A stretch of 64,000 bases of DNA from Azolla caroliniana. Its lineage: Eukaryota > Plantae > Polypodiophyta. Of this stretch, positions 10,319 to 21,664 are shown one piece after another. A model generated the notes under the pieces. That model worked only from the letters and a program-made list of their open reading frames with translations. It had not been told where the DNA came from and searched no databases. The stretch covers positions 19,716,001 to 19,780,000 of the forward strand of contig JBHGNT010000007.1 in NCBI GenBank assembly GCA_043228905.1, in the 5' to 3' direction. A program made the translations under genes and the position numbers. Positions within the stretch are counted from its first letter, which is position 1; every line of letters begins with the position of its first letter.

Positions 10319-13300
10319 TGTTGAGAGACAAGCTCAACATCGGCCGGATCGGCTGAAGAAGCCGAGGACCGGATCGGTTGGGACCGATCGGTTAGGTCGA
10401 GTGCGTAAACCGGGAGGCCGTTAGGAAAGATATTCCGTGAGGAATATGTTTGGGAGTTAGTGTAGGAGCTCTTAAATGAGCATTGAAGTACCGTCAGTAC
10501 TTCGGTCAGTCCTTCGAGGACTTGTATAAAAGTGTTCATGGAACACACATATGTACAGAGTAGTGAATCGAGATCTTTAGTTGTTGAATATAGTTCTTCT
10601 TTCTCTCTCTGTCTCTCCCGAGTATAATGCGTAAGCTCAAGTTCTCCATTAAACCTAAGTTTTCTATCTTCTGTTCGGTCTTCATACTTGCTTCCGCATG
10701 CTACTTTCTACATGGTGTCAGAGCGCGAGGGTTAAGAACCTCTCTGCAGCCGACACAATGACGAAGAAGAACAAGAAGAACAATGGATAGAGGCATGGCG
10801 AGCTCGCTTCCAACAAAGAAGCTCGACAGAATGAACTACGCGTCTTGGTCCTACAAGATGCACCAGTACCTGCTCGGGCACGGCTACTGGAGTTATGTCG
10901 AAGGAGCTAATGACGCGGCACCCGAATCGACACACAGAGACTTCCCGTCGTGGGAGCAATCGGCGAGCAGGGTATTATACTGCTTTGCATCGTGTGTGGG
11001 CGAACAGCTATTGAGCTATGTCCGGGATGCAAAGACGCCGAAGGGTGTGTGGGAAAATCTGAAGAAGATTTTCGCCGCGAGCACCACAGCCAGGAAGCTC
11101 CAACTCCGACAGGAGTTGAGCAACCTACGACAACGCAACTTGTCGGTGGCGGACTATACCTCGAAGATCAAGGATATCTGCAACTCCCTCGCCTCCATAG
11201 AGGTGAACATCGAGGAGAGCGAGATGGTCTAGATCTATCTCGGAGGTTTGGCGTCGAAGTTCGGAGCGTTCAGAACGGTTGTGTGTACCCGAGAGAATAC
11301 GCCGTCCTTTTTCGACTTACAGTCGATGCGCCTGGTAGAGGAGAACCACGCGGGTGCGTCGACGAGCACGCACACCGACAACAAGATGTTGTACACGGAG
11401 GGAGAAAGGCCCCGTGGTCGTGGCGGACGAGGCGAGTTGGTACGCAACGGAAGTGGCCGACGAGATCAAGGAAGAAGGCACCGAAGTGATGCCGACAACA
11501 ACTCCGGACCCTCCGGAAACAGGGGGAGTCGAAGCGATGAGAACCGGCAAGGGAAGGCCATCGTAGAGTGTTGGTATTGTGGCAAGAAAGGCCACAGGGA
11601 AAGTGAGTGCTGGAAGAAGCGCGCCGATTCAGAGAGAACCGGTTCCGGAAACGGCTCCAGACATACCGACAAGGGAAATCGGCAGCGATCGCACTACGCC
11701 GAAGACTCCGGGATAGCCGGAGAAGGGTCTGCCTTCGTGACGAGACACGAAGTAAACTCAATAAAGCAGACCACCCCGAGATCGGACGAGGTGTGGTACG
11801 TAGACTCTGGCGCGTCAAATCACATGACGAGCCATAAGGAGTGGTTCTCGTACCTTGAAAAACCGATACAACCTGGAGTAGTCGCAACTGGAGACGACAC
11901 TCCGCATCCAATCGCGAATGTCGGAGAAGTTCCCCTTAGCCATGTCGGGCAGAAAGGGAAACTCATGAACGTGCTGCACGTCCCGACAATCACGAAGAAC
12001 TTGGTCTCGGTTGGACAGATCGTCGAGCAAGGGATGGAGGTTCGGTTTACACACCTCGGGTGCTTCATTGAGGAAGAAGGCCGTGTGATTGCGCAAGGGC
12101 GTAGAGACGGGAGGATGTTCATCCTCGACTCGACTGACGGCGGCACCGCAATGTTCGTGAAGGGAGGAAAAACCGAGTCGGACATCGACTTGTGGCACAA
12201 GCGGATAGGCCACGTCAACTACCAGCGGCTTCAAGATCTGCAATCGAAACAGGTAGTGTTCGGATTGCCCAAATTTAGTGGTCGAAAGGCACAAATTTGT
12301 GAAGCCTGCCAGCTCAGGAAGCAACACCAACTTCCTTTCCCCAACGAGCGAAACCGGAGCCGGAACAAGCTCGACCTTATACACTCCGATGTGTGGGGGC
12401 CGGCACAAAACGTTAGTCTTGGCGGGAGCCGATATTTCGTCTCCTTCATCGACGACCACACGCGGCACACATGGATCTACCTCATTGAGAGGAAGAGCGA
12501 AGTCTTCGACTGTTTCCGTGACCTCAAAGGGTTCGTGGAAACAGAAACGGGACGAAAGATCAAGTGACTGCGGTCGGATGGCGGAAAAGAGTACTTTTCC
12601 GGTCAATTCAACGGTTATGTACAACAAATGGGAATTCGGCGCAAATTCAGTTGTAGATACACGCCAGAGCAGAACGGCGTGGCCGAGAGGAAGAATCAGT
12701 CAGTTGTGGAAGCGGCATGGGCAATGCTGGAGGAGAAGAGCTTGCCCAAGTTCTATTGGGCCGAAGCGATAAGGACCGCGGTATATATCCAGAACTGGAT
12801 CGGAGACAAAGTGTCGGCGCACGAGCTATATTTCGGAACGAAGCCGAACTTGCGACACTTGAGGGTGTTCGGTAGCATTGCGTATGTGCATGTACCGAAG
12901 GAGAAAAGGAGGAAGCTGGACGCAAAGGCCGAGAAATGCATCTTGGTCGGTTACTCGGACGAGCAGAAGGGTTATAATTGCTATAACCCTCGCACCAAAC
13001 AAGCGCATGTTAGCCGCGATGTTGTGGTTGACGAGTCCGCGTCCTGGTACCATCCCCCGACTCCAATCCAAGTTCTAACGATGAGGTCAACGAGGCCGAG
13101 ATGCCTCCGGGTGAGCCCGAAATCGAGACCCACAAAGAGAGTCCGATTTCACTCCGTTTAACTGGACCAATTGGACGACTTAGTCGGTATGACCAGTCCG
13201 ATGAAGAGCCGGCGAGCAGTGGAGACTCGGTCGTGCATTCCCCGCGCAGGAAGCCGAGGAGACGGCTTACGCGCAAAGAGAAAGGGAAGAAGAAGGTGTC

Positions 13301-15971
13301 GGATTCCGGCACGGATAGGAACGAGTTAGACCAACGCGAATCGGACTCCGAGGGAACCGGTGACGGGTCTTTAAAGGTGAATACCGCATCGATCGAGAAG
13401 GCCTCGACATCGGCTAATGTGAGATTAAGCCGGTCTACCCGCCAGAAGAATCCTGTTTTGCGGTTCGGATATAACGAGTACATGGCGCATCATTATGCGT
13501 ACATGACCCGTGTAGCGGAAGTGCGTGAGCCGAAGAGCTACGCAGAAGCGGCTAAAGACGTGAATTGGCGTGCCGCGATGGAGGAAAAGATTCACGCATT
13601 GGCGGAGAACAAGACCTGGGACCTGGTTGGTGCACCAACAGGGGTAAAACCGATCGGGTGTAGGTGGGTGTACAAGGTCAAGTACAACACCGATGGCTCC
13701 GTCAACCGGTACAAGGCTCGGCTAGTGGCAAAGGGCTACACGCAGAAACACGGCATCGACTACGATGAAACGTTTGCGCCGGTCGCGAAAATGACGATCG
13801 TCCGTGTTTTGCTCGCAGTAGCCACGGCCAAGGGGTGGCACCTACATCAGATGGATGTAAAGAATGTGTTCCTACAAGGTGACCTTGAGGAACAGGTGTA
13901 CATGGTACAGCCTCCCGGATTTCACTCTGGAACGAACTCCTCGGCAGTATGCCGACTGAAGAAGTCCCTTTACGGACTGAAGCAAGCCCCGCGTGCCTGG
14001 AACACGAAGATCACGCAACAACTGCGTCGGATGGGCTTCGTCACGTCAAAATCGGACTCTTCCCTGTTCATCCGGAAAGGTCGACTCGGACCGGTTAGTA
14101 TTTTACTATATGTTGATGACTTGGTCATCACCGGCGCCGACCTACGTGAAATCGACCGCGTGAAGGTCCAGCTTGCGGCATCATTCGACATGAAGGATCT
14201 GGGGGACCTTCATTACTTCCTCGGGATCGAAGTGATCCGTACCCGCGAAGGCATATTGATTAGCCAACGTCATTACGTGCTGAGTATGCTCTTCAAATTC
14301 GGGATAGCCGACTGTAACTCCGTCTCGACTCCTCTTGACAGAACCGTCAAGCTTCATCCCGATACAGGAAAGGTATGTGACCCGACGAGGTTTCGACAAA
14401 TTGTCGGAAGCCTCATATACTTGACCATCACCCGACCCGACCTCAGTTATCTGGTCGGAGTGATCAGTCAGTTCATGGCGCGACCTACCAAGGAGCACCT
14501 TCAGTGTGTGCAACGCATACTTCGGTATGTCAACGGCACTAAGGACCGGGGGCTGCTATATCGGACCGGTGCAGCCGTGCAGTTAGTCGGCTACACCGAT
14601 GCTGATTAGGCTGGCAATGCCGCCGATCGCCGATCCACATCCGTATACACGTTCTCCCTCGGGAGTGCCGCGATCGCGTGGAGCAGTAAGAAGCAGCCGA
14701 CAGTTGCACTGTCGAGCACCGAAGCTGAGTACCGAGGAGCGGCTGTCGCGACATGCGAAGCCATATGGTTGAAGTGGCTACTTAAGGACCTGCAAGAGGA
14801 GGTGTCAGATCTGACGACTATCTATTGCGACAACCTCAGTAGCATCTAGCTCAGGAAAAACCCCGTTTTCCATGCACGGACCAAGCACATTGAGGTGCAC
14901 TACCATTTCGTCCATGAGCGTGTCCTTTCCAGTGAAGTCGAACTTCAGTACGTTCCGACGGATCGGCAGACTGCCGACATCTTCACCAAGCCTCTTGGTC
15001 TGGACAAGTTGCGGCAATTCTCAGGTGCACTCAGATTGCGTCACCTCGACGTGCCAAACTTGAGGGGGAGAACAGTCCCGAACGACCAAGCAAGGCAGCA
15101 GGAAAGGAGTAGAGACCGCGACACCACCGAGTCGGTTGACTCGGTTGTCAAGTTCGACTTCGGATCGGCTGAAGAAGCCAAGGGCGGACCCGCGGAAAAG
15201 TTCGGAAGAGGACAGAAGGGGAGCAACCGAAGGAGAGAGCCAAAGCCAACCATGCATGGGGAAGATGACGCTACCGAGGGCGAGAAGACCGAAGACGAGT
15301 TGGAGACAACCAACTCGAACGAGAGCGAAAACCGATCGGAGGTAACCGAGTCGGTTCGGATGTTTGATTCAGACATGCTGAATCAACCGAGGCCCAAGCG
15401 GAAGAAAAGGCAGCAGGAGAAGCGTCAACACCGCAACAGCAGAAGAGCTAATAAGGGCCACATGAGCAGACAAGCCGACCGGAAGGGTCGAAGCGCCCGG
15501 AGTCAAACAGGTCGAGGAGCGCGAGCGAGGCATGAAGCCAGGAGGAACCGGAGCTGTGAGCCCGAGGATCCTGAAGAGCCTCGAGTTGAGCTTGAGGGGG
15601 AGTGTTGAGAGACAAGCTCAACATCAGCCGGATCGGTTGGGACCGATCGGTTAGGCCGAGTGCGTAAACCGGGAGGCCGTTAGGAAAGATATTCCGTGAG
15701 GAATATGTTTGGGAGTTAGTGTAGGAGCTCTTAAATGAGCATTGAAGTACCATCAGTATTTCGGTCAGTCCTTTGAGGACTTGTATAAAAGTGTTCATGG
15801 AACACACATATGTACAGAGTAGTGAATCGAGATCTTTAGTTGTTGAATATAGTTCTTCTTTCTCTCTCTGTCTCTCCCGAGTATATTGCGTAAGCTCAAG
15901 TTCTCCATTAAACCTAAGTTTTCTATCTTCTGTTCGGTCTTCATACTTGCTTCCGCACGCTACTTTCTACA
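10319..15971 (+). mobile_element. Ty1/copia LTR retrotransposon C, full length, nested in the RT of copia B
   Basis: LTRs 10319-10712 and 15603-15971 (TGTTG...CTACA). TSD GTGGA/ATGGA (1 mismatch). PBS TGGTGTCAGAGC at 10713-10724. PPT about 15594-15602. Confidence 0.95.
10783..15608 (+). pseudogene. copia C gag-pol with several nonsense codons and a frameshift
   Basis: CWYCGKKGHRESEC, WYVDSGASNHM, LIHSDVWG, QNGVAERKN, YKARLVAKGY, YVDDL, TKHIEVHYHF. Stops at about 11230, 12565, 14607 and 14847. Confidence 0.92.
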
Positions 15972-17137
15972 ATGGAGGAAGGGAAGGAGCACCTGGTTTG
16001 TCGGTTGAAGAAGAGCCTATACGGATTGAAGCAGGCTCCCCGACAATGGTACCAGAAGTTTGACTCCTTCATGACCGACCAAGGGTATCACAAAATGCAA
16101 ACCGATCACTACGTGTTTGTAAAGAAGTTTGAAGGAGGCGACTTCCTGATACTCCTTCTGTACGTGGATGACATGTTGATCGTCGGACGGGACCAAGCCA
16201 AAATACGGATGCTGAAGAAGGCTCTCAATCGAACCTTCGCAATGAAAGACTTGGGCCCGGCAAGACAGATATTGGGGATGCACATCATTCGAGACCGGTC
16301 AAAGAAGCAATTGTGGTTGTCACAGGAGAAATACGTGACAAAGGTGCTTCAACGGTTCATCATGTCAAAAGCAAAACCGGTCGGATCGACACTCCCGGCA
16401 AACTGCAGACTGTCCGGTAAGCAAAGCCCGAAGACGAAAGCAGAGAAGGCAGATATGGTGAAGGTTCCATATGCCTCTGCCATCGGGAGCTTGATGTACG
16501 CAATGGTGTGTACTCGACCGGATATTGGATACGCAGTCGGAGTGGTGAGCTGGTTTATGAGCAATCCCGGCAAGGAGCACTAGAACGCGGTCAAATGGAT
16601 ACTTTGGTACTTGAAGGGCACTTCGAATATGTGTCTCCGATTCGGCTCTGGTAAACCTCAACTTGACGGTTTTACCGATTCGGACATGTCAGTTGATGTG
16701 GATACCAGCCGGTCTACATCCGGGTATGTAATGACATATGCAAGGGGAGTTGTTTCGTCGCAGTCGAGGCTGCAGAAGATGGTTGCGTTGTCAACCACGG
16801 AGGCGGAGTACATGGCGGCTGTGGCAGCCGGCAAGGAAATACTATGGATGAAGGACTTCATCGGAGAGCTCGATATCCAGCAAGATGAATATCGGCTCTA
16901 TTGCGACAGTCAAAGTGCCATCCACCTTGCTAAGAACGCAGCGTACCATTCCAGGATGAAGCACATCTAGCGTAGGTATCACTGGATCCGGGAGCGAGTA
17001 GAAGATCGAGAGTTCGCGCTGACGAAGATCCACACGGCGAGAACGGGTCAGATATGCTGACCAAAGTTCTGATACCCGACAAGCTGGATGCATGTCGGAA
17101 GCGAATCGGACTAGTAATACATCCCATGCCAGAGTGA
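15972..17137 (+). pseudogene. copia B RT C-half and RNase H
   Basis: [34 protein letters not shown]. It resumes the frame interrupted at 10318. Confidence 0.9.
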
Positions 17138-17147
17138 AGCGGGAGTT

Positions 17148-17865
17148 TTTTAGGAAACAGGTCCCTCCGGATGGGTAGTGAGAAGAATAGTGTTGATAAG
17201 CAAACTCGGTTGAGGCCGATAGGCCGAAGCCGAATCAGGATGGCAAGTACCCGGCAAGGAAGACCCGGTGAGAACCGGATGGCAAGTACCCGGCAAGGAA
17301 GACCCGGTGAGAACCGAATGACGAGTACCCGGCAAGGAAGACCCGGTGAGAACCGGATGTTGTAGGCCCGGTGAGAACTTCTCATCAGATGGAAGGGACA
17401 TATATGTAAATATATTCCAGAGAGCCCACTGAGGCTATATTTGTAAATAGCCCGAAAGTCATATTAGTATAAATATAACCCAGGGCAAACTTAATAGAAT
17501 ATGATGGAGAGCTGGTTGTACTATTATTGTGGCGGCGATAATTCAGAGCGTAACTGTGTACAGAGAAGAGAGAGAGAGAGAGGAAGAGGTTGTTGCCTCT
17601 GTTGTAACCGCCTGATGGCGAAGCGAGGGAGCAAGAGGTCGTTGCCTCTGTGCCCCATTGTTGTAATCTTGATATAGTGATATTTTGCAGTCTGAGGGTT
17701 GTCGTGGTTTTTTTCCCAGATTTGGGTTTTTCCACATTAACATCCAGTACACTCTCTTCTTTACTGTTTCGTGTGTAGATACATCTCATCACATCCCTGT
17801 ATTCTGTGCTTGATCCGACGTCTCGGTTGTGGCCGAGCATAGCTTAGGAAACCGTATTCCTTTCA
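17148..17865 (+). repeat. 3' LTR of copia B (contains three 39-bp tandem units)
   Basis: Its 3' third matches 3048-3282 and it is homologous to the solo LTR 23836-24554. Unit ggatggcaagtacccggcaaggaagacccggtgagaacc at about 17238-17358. Confidence 0.9.
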
Positions 17866-17990
17866 CAATGGATGATTTTGGTGGGAGGCGAGGGTTACGC
17901 CAATAGAGTGCTTCAAAAGGGTTGATCCATGTCGACGCTTGTACAGATGTATTATAAACGTGGCTAACGAAAGGCAATATTTGATCTTAG
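17866..17990 (-). pseudogene. Gypsy integrase C-terminal fragment (target of copia B insertion)
   Basis: PFVSHVYNTSVQASTWINPFEALYWRNPRLP matches the gypsy AYNT..H.STG.SPF..LYGR.PR.P motif. Confidence 0.75.
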
Positions 17991-18049
17991 GTTTTGTGGC
18001 ATGGATCAATGTAAGCGGCAATCTCCTTCTTGAGGGTCTTGTTGAGGCG

Positions 18050-18378
18050 TTCGGTGGGGGACAAGAGAGCTATAGGCAGATAGAGATCAATCGCTCCTGT
18101 GGACTGAGGGCCACCTGGACTTGGCTAAGGTGGGGGACAGGAGAACTATAGGCAGATAGAGATCAATCGCTCCTATGGACTGAGGGCCACCTGGACTTGG
18201 CTAAGGTGGGGGACAGGAGAACTATAGGCAGATAGAGATCAATCGCTCCTATGGACTGAGGGCCACCTGGACTTGGCAGATGTGGGGAACATGAGGGTTA
18301 TAGGCGGATAGAGATCAATTGCTCCTATGGACTGAGGGCCACCTGAACATGGTTGAGGTGGGGCACAAGAGGGCTACC
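18050..18378. repeat. 76-bp tandem repeat, about 4.3 copies
   Basis: (c/t)tataggc recurs at 18070, 18146, 18222 and 18298. Confidence 0.92.
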
Positions 18379-18649
18379 GTGTAGAAGGGGGATCAGGAAA
18401 ACTTGTGGGACAAGAAGTTAGTGGGCAACCTAAGGTGAGGGGGAAGAGGTGGATGCTTGGACGTGGGGGACTGGTACCCCGCATCTCCACCAATATGTGA
18501 AATGCACATAAGAGATCAAAACCAGCCTAGTTAGCTTCTTACTTCTTATTAAATTTATAGTTGATAGAAAGGTACCCATTTGGGTTGGCTTAACTAAAAT
18601 GGGTGTGTTAAAAGGGTGGCACAAAGGAACACATGCACACCACAATACA

Positions 18650-21371
18650 TTAGTCCTCCAAAAAGGGCAAGATACTTGCCGATTGGTGCAACTCAGCTAC
18701 TTTGTTAATGACATCTGCTGAGGGTTTGACTCGGTTATCAGGATCTGTAGTTATGGGTTGCGCTACTCGTGCTTCATCCTCCATAGTGATGTGTTGAGTG
18801 GGTTCGGGAAGTGTATCCTCTTGGTCGGCCTGTCGGTTGCGCGAATTTTCAGGCTCCTGCTCCAATTCTTTGCATATCAGTTGCTCGTCTATCTGCTCCT
18901 CGGGTTCCCATGTTGCACCTTGCTTGGGCATGCTTCCATTGGGGGCTTCTTCTTCTCCTTGCGTTATGACCACCGTTTCAATCTGGAGTCACTAATGTTC
19001 GTATTTATCCATGTCAATGGCAAGTAGGAGTTGGTCATTGGTGAATACTTGGAGGGTCCCAATCACTATGGTGTGTGTCTATGCCAGGGCATGGAATTCC
19101 GCTATGAGGTCCTCTCGGAGCACCTGAATGTTGTCCTTGTCCATTTTTAAAAACCGCGACCCTCCTTTTTGTGATTTTCTGCATCTGCTTGGAGAATTTG
19201 TGATTCGGCCGCTTGGGCTGACCAATTGTTCCATCCTTGAGCCAGAGCGTCTGCGATTTTCTGGTTGAGCTGCTCATGGAGTGTTTGTAACTTGTTTGTG
19301 GTGGTCGCGGCGTCAAGTTCAAGCCTTGCTTTACCAATGTTGAGCGAGGTGATCATCCGTTCGAGCTTCTTCTGAAATAACTTCGTATCCTGCTTGTATT
19401 TGTGGATGAACCTGCCCTTCTCCTCTTCGACCTTCTGCTTGCATTTCTCTAGTTCTTGTTGTGCTATTGTCCAAAGATCTTGGAGGGAATCGTCCAATAC
19501 ATGCGTTCGAATCTCCATCTTGCACATTTTGTAGACCGAAGTGTCGTTACATTTCCGTGTGTTCACACCGGAGATTCAAGAGTTCTTCATTCTGATTATG
19601 GAGCGCCAGTTGGTATCCTTCTTCTTGTTGTCGCATCGTGGTAGTTGATTCATCGTTTGCAGCTTGAATAGCCGCCATGGCCTTTAATTCCATTTCTTGG
19701 AGGGCGTGATTATATTCCTTCCTCTTGGAGTCAAGATTTTCCTGTAGTTCAACTTCTCTCTTTTGTGCTTGCTGGAGGATTTCGCTGTTGCGGTTGATTT
19801 CCTCCATGACCTCCTGGTAGTGTTGTTTGGCTTTCTCCGCAATCGCCTTTTGGACGTCCAATTCTTCTTCTAAGTTCAATTTGGGTAGCTCGATGAGCTG
19901 GTGGCTACTTCTCCTCTAACACTTGCGTCTGATTTTCTACAAAGCCGCATCTTCATCGAACTCTAGTTCTCCGGCGATAACCCTCTGGACCATCGCCCTA
20001 TCCTCATGCTCTTCAGCCATGCGTGCCGCGGCTACTACTTGTAATCGGGTGAGGAAATCGATGAGCTCATAGGAAGTACCGTGTCGCAGAATGGCGCCGA
20101 GCTCGAAAGCTTCGGCTGGCAGATCGGGAAATGTCAGCACGGCATCTTCCGACATTTGGGAGGCTTGACCCTTCTCCAAATTCCTTGGCAAAGACAGAGT
20201 TGTGTCTGGGACGACAGCCACAGTCTTGTTGGGTGCGATGATCACCTGCAGGTCATTCGTCATAGTTCAGACCTTCTCCTTGTCATCGTTGCAGCGCTTC
20301 TTGGCCAGACTCTGTCCAACCATTGAGTGTTGTTTGGCCTCTGTGTCCTCTCTAGGCCTTTTCGTGCATTAGTCGGTGGGTTTCTTCTTGCCTTCATTGG
20401 AGGGTTTCTAGGTCTCCTCCTGTAGCTCTCGACGAGGGCTTTTGAGGATTGGTTGGGACTGCTAATTCGAATCTTTCGATTTTGGTTTCTCGCGCCCCCG
20501 AATGGTGAAGTCCTCGGTGGCAACTACTATCGGCTCTTGCTCCTTCTTCACTTGTGTTGGTCGTGGAGATGTCGGGGCCGTTGAGGGAACGGGATCCTGC
20601 CATTCGACTTGGGCGAACTGCAAAGCCCGTTGTCATTTAGTGTTAGTGGGCGGTGCAGGGAGAGCGAGGGGTTTCCATGGAGCAGAAGCAGAATGGGGTG
20701 GATAGAGGGAAAACAGATAGTTTGCCAAGGCATGGATTAACTTCTTCACCCATGATGGAGCCCCAATCGATCTGGCCTCCTATGTATGTTGTGATGATGA
20801 TCCCAGCCTTCTTTTTTGGCATACCATCGCTTGTGGGATGTACACAGCCGATTTCGAAGAGAAATTTAGCCAGGTCTTCGAAGAACTTGTTCGAACCGCC
20901 CTGTGTTCTGTAGGCTTTCGCCGAGATTGAGTACTCCTCGAAATGCACCTCGAGGACTTGTTGGGGCGGAATCTCGATGTCGTGATGTCCGCCATGTTTG
21001 AGACCCAACACAAACCTAATCTAGTTGTTTGTGATGGTGTCGGGGTGGAGGCGTAGGCCGATTTCTTGTACCTCTGGGTGCGGCGGTGCATCTGCGACTT
21101 TGAGGTACCCACCCAAGGCGTGCCTCTTTAGCCAGGTGCGGAGCTCCATGGAAACTTCGATAGGCCTGTTTGTCACAGTTGTTCGGGGGGACAGAACAGA
21201 TGGGGGGCTTTTGTGTAGAGAGCGCGAGGGCGAGGAGCTTGGAGAGAAAGCTTGGGAGTTTTGTGCTTCTATGTGCAAATGGACTATGTGCCTGTGTGAA
21301 ACCGCTTTTTGTATATGTTGTGTTTCCCAAGGCATGGCTTTGTGCCCTAGATTCAGAATCTTGCATGTCAT
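18650..21371 (-). pseudogene. Fragmented long ORF (globular N-domain, disordered linker, long coiled coil); probable accessory ORF of a gypsy element
   Basis: Chain of co-oriented ORFs 21371-21021, 21011-20643, 20523-20260, 20263-19937, 19879-19547, 19566-19147, 19337-19035 and 18973-18650. E/Q/K-rich heptad composition at 19150-19880. Same strand as the integrase fragment. Confidence 0.55.
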
Positions 21372-21493
21372 TACTAGGTATTAATGCCACGGGTCGAGAA
21401 TGATTTGTACTTGCTTTTCTTAATCTACATGCATGCTCTTTAAATAGCTACTTGGTGGGCTTTTTATTTTTATTTTATTTTTTCAATCAATCA

Positions 21494-21648
21494 CACCTAA
21501 TATTCACGTAATATACACATTCGGGTAGGTGGGTTGTTACCGTAATTGGGGCAAAGAGCACCCATGAGCCACCTAATATTCACGTAATATACACATTCGG
21601 GTAGGTGGGTTGTTACCGTAATTGGGGCAAAGAGCACCCATGAGCCAC
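21494..21648. repeat. Perfect 76-bp tandem duplication
   Basis: cacctaatattcacg...cccatgagc starts at 21494 and at 21570. Confidence 0.92.
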
Positions 21649-21664
21649 TGTGTCACCTTCCTCT

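Larger units (their letters stand above)
3048..17865 (+). mobile_element. Ty1/copia LTR retrotransposon B (degenerate; hosts two nested elements)
   Basis: The 5' LTR remnant 3048-3282 matches 17631-17865. PBS-Met TGGTATCAGAGC at 3286-3297. gag-PR-INT-RT-RH pieces at 3314-4283, 8455-10318 and 15972-17137. PPT at about 17131-17145; 3' LTR about 17148-17865. Confidence 0.92.

Noticed and set aside
11815-12772. Long antisense or alternate-frame ORFs over copia and RLP coding regions
   Set aside because: These are shadow ORFs of real coding frames with no independent motifs.
18050-18378. Regularly spaced repeats as a possible CRISPR array
   Set aside because: The units are contiguous 76-bp tandem copies with no unique spacers, in a eukaryotic transposon context with no cas genes.
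21494-21648. Shared 76-bp period with the 18.1-kb array
   Set aside because: The sequences are unrelated, so the equal length is treated as coincidence.
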